Shown: positions 1-6,354 of the stretch, one piece after another | Position numbering within the stretch: position 1 is the stretch's first letter | Layout of the letters: each line of letters opens with the position of its first letter | IMG/VR virus record: IMGVR_UViG_3300028781_000008 | DNA length: 44,256 nucleotides | Source: a virus | Direction: 5' to 3' (one strand) | Position numbers and translations under genes: made by a program | The notes under the pieces: model-generated | The model's database searches: none | Seen by the model: only the letters and a program-made list of their open reading frames with translations | What the model was told of the DNA's origin: nothing

Positions 1-127
1 GTTGCTTGGTAGTTTCTGGTGTGAGATTAGGTGTAGAATCTGACAGTGCTCCGCACAATGGATTATTAGGATCTTTAATGGTTGTTGACATCGTGATTTC
101 CCCTAGCTGTCGAGTAGCTGTTAGCAT
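1..127. repeat. Terminal direct repeat, copy 1 (contig circular-closure overlap)
   Basis: Positions 1-127 are base-for-base identical to 44130-44256. The repeat cuts through the 5' end of a minus-strand CDS. This fits an assembly overlap of a circular or permuted genome better than a functional DTR. Confidence 0.9.
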
Positions 128-140
128 CTTTTGACATCTT

Positions 141-275
141 TTAGCACCACACTAATGATTTAGGAAACAAATGGGTAGTCATTGTAGAATTCCCAATGAA
201 TTTACCTTCTGTTGTTTTGTAATAACAAACTGTGATACAGGCAATTGCAAGCCAAATATGTTCATAGTGAAACAT
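141..275 (-). CDS. Small hypothetical protein (44 aa)
   Basis: Hand-translated, below the 60-aa cutoff of the ORF track. ATG at 275-273 is preceded by GAGAGGTGA (RC of 281-289); TAA at 143-141. Product: MFHYEHIWLAIACITVCYYKTTEGKFIGNSTMTTHLFPKSLVWC. Confidence 0.35.
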   Translation of the reverse strand: MFHYEHIWLAIACITVCYYKTTEGKFIGNSTMTTHLFPKSLVWC

Positions 276-340
276 GATGGTCACCTCTCATATTTATGGT
301 AAAAACTGGAGTTGGATTAGCTGTAAACCCCTCCCCCCAC

Positions 341-466
341 TCAATCCCAATGCTGGTCACCTAAGTCTACTAAGTATGCTACAACCCCTCCTAGTGTGAT
401 TGCTCCCATAACAGCTAAGAATACAAAACCTAGCATATCAAATACTGAGTTGATAAAATCCCACAT
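341..466 (-). CDS. Small membrane protein (41 aa, one predicted TM helix)
   Basis: Hand-translated. GGAG lies 8 nt upstream of the ATG at 466-464; TGA at 343-341. Product: MWDFINSVFDMLGFVFLAVMGAITLGGVVAYLVDLGDQHWD. In-frame upstream ATGs at 490 and 511 lack an SD. Confidence 0.4.
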   Translation of the reverse strand: MWDFINSVFDMLGFVFLAVMGAITLGGVVAYLVDLGDQHWD

Positions 467-501
467 GATAGAATCTCCAAATTGATTCATTGTATAATTA
501 A

Positions 502-541
502 ATGGTCTCATCAGTAGTTGCGTAACAACTAGATGGTCTCA
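502..541. repeat. 9-bp direct repeats (ATGGTCTCA) flanking a small hairpin
   Basis: ATGGTCTCA occurs at 502-510 and 533-541. Between the copies, TAGTTG (515-520) pairs with CAACTA (526-531) around a 5-nt loop. The element is intergenic between two minus-strand genes. Confidence 0.4.
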
Positions 542-568
542 CGACCATTTCGACCTATTACATTTCAA

Positions 569-1270
<702 letters not shown>

Positions 1271-1335
1271 GATATGGTTTCCTGTAGGAATGCGAAATGT
1301 GATGTGTGCTGTTTGATATAAAACCAATTGCTGTG

Positions 1336-1407
1336 TTATGGGTGAAATATTGCAAGAAATACAATTACACCGACTGCAAATGCAATTCCATTGATTACTG
1401 TTTTCAT
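1336..1407 (-). CDS. Tiny hydrophobic peptide (23 aa)
   Basis: Hand-translated. The ATG at 1407-1405 overlaps the TGA of the upstream lipoprotein gene (ATGA), with GGAGAA upstream. Product: MKTVINGIAFAVGVIVFLAIFHP; TAA at 1338-1336. Confidence 0.3.
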   Translation of the reverse strand: MKTVINGIAFAVGVIVFLAIFHP

Positions 1408-1592
1408 TTCATTTCTCCTGGGTGGGTTTCAGTTCCTGAGTGAGATTGAAACTGGTATGGGCCCGCGTATGCATAGTTGTGTGCAGGTTGTGTGCTATAA
1501 ATCATTGAATTCATATACATTTGGGGTGATGCACATCCTTGGAAGGAAGCTAAAATACAACTTACAATGATACAAACTAATATGAGTTTCAT
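1404..1592 (-). CDS. Small secreted protein or lipoprotein (62 aa)
   Basis: Strong SD (AAGGAG, RC of 1601-1606). N-terminus MKLILVCIIVSCILASFQGCASPQ has a signal peptide with a lipobox-like SFQG|C. The mature part is about 40 aa and rich in Tyr/Pro/Gln. Confidence 0.65.
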   Translation of the reverse strand: MKLILVCIIVSCILASFQGCASPQMYMNSMIYSTQPAHNYAYAGPYQFQSHSGTETHPGEMK

Positions 1593-1644
1593 TTACAACT
1601 CCTTATATCGTAATAACCTTTGAATATTTGAATCTTTTAACTAC

Positions 1645-1959
1645 CTAATTGTATGGATCATAATCACCGGAAACAACACTTACAGCATCAATACTACCGC
1701 CGTTATCTATAACGAACTGCATTGCTTGTGCTTCAATTTCTGCAAAATCTATATCTGTCAACTGTTTCTTAACTTCAACACGAATAGTTTCTCGTGTATA
1801 TTCGCATTTAAGAATTAGAAATTCCTCAATTGATTTATTCAATCTACCAACTAATGTCATTTCTTCAATTTCATCCCACTCTCTAGCATTAATCATTGTG
1901 TAGAGTGTTCTAGCTTGAAATGAAGTTAGCTTAAGTCTTAACGTATTTTCATCGCTCAT
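1645..1959 (-). CDS. Hypothetical protein (104 aa, acidic)
   Basis: The track ORF 1645-1971 begins at TTG. The ATG at 1959 follows GGTGA with 5-nt spacing (MSDENTLRLK...). Confidence 0.6.
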   Translation of the reverse strand: MSDENTLRLKLTSFQARTLYTMINAREWDEIEEMTLVGRLNKSIEEFLILKCEYTRETIRVEVKKQLTDIDFAEIEAQAMQFVIDNGGSIDAVSVVSGDYDPYN

Positions 1960-1980
1960 TAGTTTCACCAATCGATATTT

Positions 1981-2293
1981 GGGTACAGGGGATAGGGTAT
2001 AGTACCCGGTTTACCCCTCCCCCGTCAAGCACCAAATTGGTGAATCTAGTATCTGTGTTTTATGCCTTCTTACTTTCTATACCCCCTAACTAACTTATAT
2101 ATAAAGCACTACACTGCGCGTATATTTTAGGGGGTATAAAAAATAAAAATTAAAGATATACCTATATAGTTAGTTATAAGTCTATTAGAAGGCACATAAC
2201 TAACTACACTTTATATACGCCTACAAGTCTGTAATGTGTTCGTAAGGGGAGGAGGGGGTAAAGTACTGGAGTGTACCCGGTACCCTATCCCCT
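1981..2293. repeat. Large imperfect multi-block palindrome with TAACTAACT iterons (candidate origin or structured intergenic element)
   Basis: Collinear inverted blocks: AGGGGATAGGGTA 1987-1999 vs its exact RC at 2281-2293. TTTACCCCTCCCCC 2010-2023 vs GGGGAGGAGGGGGTAAA 2246-2262. TGCCTTCT 2063-2070 vs AGAAGGCA 2187-2194. AACTAACT(T)ATATA 2088-2101 vs TATATAGTTAGTT 2163-2175. There is also an exact 12-bp inverted repeat TATACCCCCTAA 2078-2089 / TTAGGGGGTATA 2127-2138. TAACTAACT occurs at 2087-2095 and 2197-2205 (direct) and 2168-2176 (inverted). Confidence 0.75.
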
Positions 2294-2302
2294 AATCATT
2301 GC

Positions 2303-2956
2303 TCACAAACCTAACATCTCTTCCACACTGACTTCTTTCATAGCCTGCAACTTAGCAATCAATCTAGCTCCAATTCCATCACTTGTATCTACCAATCCGA
2401 GCGCTTTCTCCAATTTACTTCTCTTATCTGCAGCAAATACAGTTCTTCCACCAGCAAGTGCTGCAAAGCAGTCTCTATATACATTGCACATTTGTTGCAA
2501 TTTCTGTGTCTGTTCTTCACTGCAGTCATCACTGATACCTAGTTTCTCCGCAAATGCCAGAAGTAACATATCTTGCAGTTCACTATCGAACCAGTATTTG
2601 ATCTGTTCCCCATTAAGTCTGTCACCTGCAGCTTGCTGCACCAAATAGGATTTCACTGCAGCTACATCGATTTCCTCACTTGTTACTGCATCCTTATCAG
2701 CTACACATGCCTCGCGAATGATTTCATCCTGTACACCATGAAACCATTGGGAGATCTGCGGTGACAGTACTTCATAGTCCTCTGCACTCAGCACTGTTAC
2801 TGGAACAGATACGCACTGACTATCTTTCGCCTTACTTCCTGACTTATCCTTTTTGAATCTCACCACACTTAATCTCTGACCGCTAAGAGCAGTAGATTTA
2901 TCTTTGCCGTTAGAGTTGTAAGTAGTGAAAATGTGACGATCTGAAATATTGCTCAT
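2303..2956 (-). CDS. Hypothetical protein (217 aa), divergent paralog of the 240-aa protein at 38267-38989
   Basis: ATG with GGTG upstream. Segments shared with the 240-aa protein: VRFKKDKSGSK..VSVPVTVLSAED vs MRFSFKSDKETGFK..ELHLPVLSAEG, and a C-terminal tail EVSVEEMLGL vs NISEEEMLAAL. Confidence 0.75.
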   Translation of the reverse strand: MSNISDRHIFTTYNSNGKDKSTALSGQRLSVVRFKKDKSGSKAKDSQCVSVPVTVLSAEDYEVLSPQISQWFHGVQDEIIREACVADKDAVTSEEIDVAAVKSYLVQQAAGDRLNGEQIKYWFDSELQDMLLLAFAEKLGISDDCSEEQTQKLQQMCNVYRDCFAALAGGRTVFAADKRSKLEKALGLVDTSDGIGARLIAKLQAMKEVSVEEMLGL

Positions 2957-2999
2957 TTTTGCACCTATTTAGTATCTAGGGGTTGAAAAAGAAAATAGA

Positions 3000-3027
3000 A
3001 TCTTACAATCTGATTACGCAGTTACAA
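3000..3027 (-). promoter_or_regulatory. Candidate sigma70-like promoter for the 217-aa gene
   Basis: Minus strand: TTGTAA (3027-3022), 16-nt spacer, TAAGAT (3005-3000), about 45 nt upstream of the ATG at 2956. The match to consensus is weak. Confidence 0.2.
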
Positions 3028-3031
3028 GTAC

Positions 3032-3139
3032 TCAATCTGCCCACAGTGGCAACCAATAAATCCAATCATAAGTTAGACCATCAATTGCGAATGCGAATGT
3101 GGCACTTGTGTATTCCAATACATTACCAAAATCATCCAT
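3032..3139 (-). CDS. Small hypothetical protein (35 aa)
   Basis: Hand-translated. Strong SD AGGAG (3150-3146) lies 6 nt before the ATG at 3139-3137; TGA at 3034-3032. Product: MDDFGNVLEYTSATFAFAIDGLTYDWIYWLPLWAD. Confidence 0.4.
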   Translation of the reverse strand: MDDFGNVLEYTSATFAFAIDGLTYDWIYWLPLWAD

Positions 3140-3156
3140 AACAATCTCCTAGTGTT

Positions 3157-3168
3157 GTGAGTACTCAC
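3157..3168. promoter_or_regulatory. Perfect 12-bp palindrome GTGAGTACTCAC (candidate operator)
   Basis: Self-complementary 12-mer at 3157-3168, just upstream (minus sense) of the SD of the 35-aa ORF. Confidence 0.3.
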
Positions 3169-3206
3169 TGCGAATGCCCACAATCCTAGGAGCTAGTTGG
3201 ATCGCC

Positions 3207-3246
3207 TCTCACCTGTCATATGAGTGACAGTCAGTGACAGGTGAGA
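3207..3246. repeat. 12-bp-stem hairpin with a tandem GTGACAG alternative arm
   Basis: TCTCACCTGTCA (3207-3218) is the exact RC of TGACAGGTGAGA (3235-3246). The 16-nt loop contains a second GTGACAG (3224-3230) that could pair alternatively with CTGTCA (3213-3218). Confidence 0.6.
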
Positions 3247-3641
3247 ACTACAAAGCGAATCCACTAGCTACTAGCGGTTTATCAAATTGTCAGTAGCATC
3301 AAGAAATAGCTACCAAGAGCATGCCTAATGGCGTTGGTACGTCGTGTCTGGCATTCACAGACTTACGAGACCCATTACATTTACTCACTACAACTACTAA
3401 CGAAATCTACTCTTTGAATCACCTGCCTTACGAAACAACAAACTGCACTAATATCTTAGGTCATCCAGCAGAAAAATGTTGATATTCTCTAGAGTAAGTA
3501 TTCTATTAATACAGTCTGTAAGCAATATCCATCATTGCTCATGCAATCAATACTTACAACTAGCTAACAGCAAGCCACTAACTGAATGCGAATGAGAATG
3601 ATTCGTACTAGCTAGATGATAATGAGATGCAATTGCGAAGT

Positions 3642-3650
3642 GGGGGGGGG
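3642..3650. repeat. G9 homopolymer in non-coding DNA
   Basis: tggggggggg at 3641-3650. This is the longest G run I see in an otherwise low-GC genome. Confidence 0.9.
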
Positions 3651-3818
3651 TATCGACCTTTTTAGCAAGTGATACCTCCTTTGACCTATGAAACCTCTCT
3701 AAATTTTCTAAAGTTTTTACCTATTTCCTACCAACTTCTTGCCATCTATCACTTTTGATCTACAGCTATCTCTCAAATATTTCCTAGAATCTGACACAAG
3801 CATTTCCAGGATCCCCAA

Positions 3819-3846
3819 TTAGTATCTAACCATTCCATGATAGAAT
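3819..3846 (+). promoter_or_regulatory. Candidate extended -10 promoter for the late (rightward) arm
   Basis: TGaTAGAAT at 3838-3846 (TG at 3838-3839, TAGAAT at 3841-3846). A weak -35 TTAGTA sits at 3819-3824 with a 16-nt spacer. It lies about 26 nt upstream of the SD AGGAG (3861-3865) and the ATG at 3872. Confidence 0.3.
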
Positions 3847-3871
3847 CTAATTATTGAATTAGGAGCCAGTC

Positions 3872-4465
3872 ATGTCAGAAGTCACATCAGCTACATCAAT
3901 CCCAGCATACACTGGTACCCAGGGGCGCGCCCTAGAACTCCTGGGAGATGGAATACAAGCATCCATTGTAGCTCAAACACTAGGAGTAAGTGAGAGTTAT
4001 GTTTCACAACTCCTAGCAGATGAGATGTTTTTACGTGGAGTTGTAGAACGCCGCTATGAACATTTAGCTCGCCATAACAAACGAGATGCAGAGTATGATT
4101 CAGTAGAAGATAAATTATTAGAGAAATTGAAACAAACATTACCATTGCTTTTTGACCCAATGAAAATAGCAAGAGTACTTCAGACTGTAAATGCAGCTAA
4201 GCGACGTGGCCAATCAGATCCAGCTTCCATTACACAGCAAAATGTAATTGTAAATCTCCTAATGCCCACTAAAATCATCGATAGATTTCAAATTACTAAA
4301 GATGTCAATAACCAAATTATTGAAGCTGGCAATCAGAAACTAGTAACTATTGGATCGAATACATTACTTGATAGAGTGAAACAATCTCAACAGAGACAAT
4401 TAGAAGTAGGAGTAGTAAATGGTGAACAGCAAAATGGAATTACTGCTAGTGGAACTTCGAGCTAA
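3872..4465 (+). CDS. Putative terminase small subunit (197 aa)
   Basis: First gene of the late arm, directly upstream of terL, with SD AGGAG. It has an N-terminal HTH-like segment IQASIVAQTLGVSESYVSQLL followed by a charged helical region. Assignment is by position and architecture only. Confidence 0.55.
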   Translation: MSEVTSATSIPAYTGTQGRALELLGDGIQASIVAQTLGVSESYVSQLLADEMFLRGVVERRYEHLARHNKRDAEYDSVEDKLLEKLKQTLPLLFDPMKIARVLQTVNAAKRRGQSDPASITQQNVIVNLLMPTKIIDRFQITKDVNNQIIEAGNQKLVTIGSNTLLDRVKQSQQRQLEVGVVNGEQQNGITASGTSS

Positions 4466-4601
4466 CCTTACTCTCGAACAAGTACAAGAACAAAATGCAG
4501 TGCAACTTGCAACTGCTGAAAAACTTCGTCTTGCAAATAAAGCTAAAGCAGAAGTAATTCTTAAAACAATTAAAATGGGACTTGCACGTAACAATGGCTA
4601 A
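4419..4601 (+). CDS. Small coiled-coil hypothetical protein (60 aa)
   Basis: AGGAG lies 6 nt upstream of the ATG at 4419. It overlaps the terS-like gene by 47 nt in another frame. Its stop overlaps the terL ATG (ATGGCTAA). It fills the terS-terL gap. Confidence 0.35.
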   Translation: MVNSKMELLLVELRANLTLEQVQEQNAVQLATAEKLRLANKAKAEVILKTIKMGLARNNG

Positions 4602-6162
4602 ATCAGTTGATGAGATGTTACAGGCTTTGGGAGAAGTTGCTCCTACAATTATTCCCCAGATCTCAAATATACCTGAGATGGAATTGGCACCTGTACAAGA
4701 ATCAGCTTTCAACTCTCAGGAAGTTATAGAGAATGCTAGAGAGTCATTAGATTTTCTAGCCGCCCTTGCACTCCCGTTGATTTTCAAATATTTCTTTCCT
4801 CCAGTTTTCATCTCTGTATGGAAATGGTTAAGATCTTATGCTCACCAAGTTCGTGCATTCCCACAACTTGCACTTGGTCTTCCGCGTGGCTTTGGTAAAA
4901 CAACAGTAATTAAATTATTTGTTCTTTATTGTATTCTTTTCACTAAGAAACAATTCATCCTTGTAATTTCTGAGACTGATCGTAAAGCAATTTCTATCAT
5001 TGCTGACATATGTGATATGTTAGATGAACCAAACATTAAAAAATTATTTGGTGATTGGAAAGTAGGAGCTGAAATAGATCGCCAAGATATGAAGAAATTC
5101 GGCTTTCGTGGTCGAAATATTATGTTAAAAGCTGCAGGTTCTGGTACTGGAATTCGTGGTATTAATGAAAAGAATCTACGTCCAGATGTAATGATTTTCG
5201 ATGACATTCAATCTCGTGAGGACGCAGATTCTCCAACTATTTCGGAAGCATTAGAAACTTGGATGTATGGTACTGCAATGAAAGCTAAATCACCTGAAGG
5301 GTGTATGTTTCTTTTCATTGCTAATATGTATCCCACTAAGTGGTCTCTCCTACGTAGATTAAAAAGAAATCCTAAATGGATTAAATTCATTGCTGGCGGT
5401 ATTCTAGAATCTGGGGAGTCTTTGTGGGAAGATCTACAACCAATTGAACAATTACTAAATGAATTTGAGAACGATGTAGCAGCTGGTCACCCAGAGATCT
5501 TCTTCGCAGAAGTTCTAAATGATGAGAATGCGGCCTCTAATAATCTCATTGATTTATCTAGACTTCCAGTTCCTCGTTTCGATTGGGATGAACCTGCAGC
5601 TGGCCGCTTCATAGTAGTTGATCCTGCAGCTAAATCTAATCCAACTTCAGATGCCGTCACTGTTGCATATGCAGAAGTACACGATTCATTACCTTGTTGG
5701 AGAGAAATTGATGAAGATAGAATGTCTCCAGGAGAATCTATACGTAGAGCTCTGATGATGGCATTGAAGCATGGTGTGCGAGTAGTTGGTGTAGAAGCTA
5801 CAGCATATCAAGCAACTTATGCTTGGTGGTTTCAATACATTTGTCTCCAGTATGGAATTACTGGAATTGAGTGTGTGGAACTGTATACAGGTACAATGTC
5901 TAAAAATGCTCGTATTCTTTCCATGCTAAAAGCATATGCAGCTGGGGAGTTCTATATCCATCCAGATGCACAGCCTCCAGCGCACTTACAAATCACCCAG
6001 TTTAAACCACTTAAAAGAGATAATACAGATGGAATTCTAGATTGTCTCTGTTATGGTCCTAAGATGATTGAAGAATTTGGGCATCTAATTGAGTCTTATA
6101 CAATCATTGAATCTCAAGAGTACGATGCAATTCCAGTATTAGAACATAACTCACCCTTTTAA
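4594..6162 (+). CDS. terL: Terminase large subunit
   Basis: The track ORF starts at TTG 4582, so I use the ATG at 4594 (MAKSVDEML). Walker A-like GLPRGFGKTT. Walker B-like DVMIFDDIQSRED. C-terminal RNaseH-like nuclease acidic motifs FIVVDPAAK, VGVEATAYQ and DGILDCLCYG. Confidence 0.9.
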   Translation: MAKSVDEMLQALGEVAPTIIPQISNIPEMELAPVQESAFNSQEVIENARESLDFLAALALPLIFKYFFPPVFISVWKWLRSYAHQVRAFPQLALGLPRGFGKTTVIKLFVLYCILFTKKQFILVISETDRKAISIIADICDMLDEPNIKKLFGDWKVGAEIDRQDMKKFGFRGRNIMLKAAGSGTGIRGINEKNLRPDVMIFDDIQSREDADSPTISEALETWMYGTAMKAKSPEGCMFLFIANMYPTKWSLLRRLKRNPKWIKFIAGGILESGESLWEDLQPIEQLLNEFENDVAAGHPEIFFAEVLNDENAASNNLIDLSRLPVPRFDWDEPAAGRFIVVDPAAKSNPTSDAVTVAYAEVHDSLPCWREIDEDRMSPGESIRRALMMALKHGVRVVGVEATAYQATYAWWFQYICLQYGITGIECVELYTGTMSKNARILSMLKAYAAGEFYIHPDAQPPAHLQITQFKPLKRDNTDGILDCLCYGPKMIEEFGHLIESYTIIESQEYDAIPVLEHNSPF

Positions 6163-6171
6163 AATCTTCAT

Positions 6172-6354
6172 ATGTTAACCATCCCCAATGTTTTCGCAGA
6201 TGAGAAAGCAGTTAAGATCTGGTTATCGAGAATGAAATTACGCTTTGGTGATGATTGGAAGTTAGTAATCTATAAAACACTGTATATATCTGGAATGGAT
6301 AAATCTTCCATTCACCCCCTGATTAAGAAACATTTGAATAGGAAGAAGCCATGA
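6172..6354 (+). CDS. Small basic hypothetical protein (60 aa)
   Basis: It fills the terL-portal gap and its stop overlaps the portal ATG (ATGA). No clear SD. Confidence 0.35.
   Translation: MLTIPNVFADEKAVKIWLSRMKLRFGDDWKLVIYKTLYISGMDKSSIHPLIKKHLNRKKP

Noticed and set aside
1-127. Terminal repeat as a genuine T7-like direct terminal repeat
   Set aside because: The length equals a common assembler k-mer (127). The repeat also begins in the middle of a coding sequence rather than in a non-coding end region. I treat it as a circularisation overlap; see the finding for how to test this.
1404-1592. Calling the small lipoprotein an o-spanin
   Set aside because: It is on the early arm, far from the lysozyme and holin-like genes. 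No adjacent i-spanin (N-terminal TM plus coiled coil) is present, and the lipobox is non-canonical (FQGC). I kept it as a generic secreted protein or lipoprotein.
3213-3230. LexA/SOS-box-like CTGT...ACAG in the 3207-3246 hairpin
   Set aside because: The CTG and CAG half-sites are separated by 12 nt here, versus 10 nt in the gamma-proteobacterial consensus (CTGT-N8-ACAG). The host is also unknown.
3836-3848. 13-mer CATGATAGAATCT shared with 464-476 (it contains the TGnTAGAAT extended -10-like motif)
   Set aside because: About 15 or more exact 13-mer coincidences are expected by chance in 44 kb (about 1e9 pairs x 4^-13). The second copy lies inside a minus-strand start region pointing the wrong way.
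2957-3871. tRNA genes, a CRISPR or mini-array, or a group I intron in the ORF-free region
   Set aside because: I could not find a T-arm (GTTCGAAT-like) with a matching acceptor stem. I also found no spaced direct repeat of 20 nt or more. The repeats present are 7-14 nt and irregularly spaced. A covariance-model scan is still advisable.
3923-3932. GC-rich perfect palindromes GGGCGCGCCC (in the terS-like gene) and GGGGCGCCCC (17737-17746), considered as pac or restriction-related sites
   Set aside because: Both lie in coding sequence, encoding Gly/Ala/Pro (GRAL, GAP). Two isolated 10-mers with no repeats or flanking structure are not enough evidence. A pac site within terS remains possible but is untestable from sequence alone.
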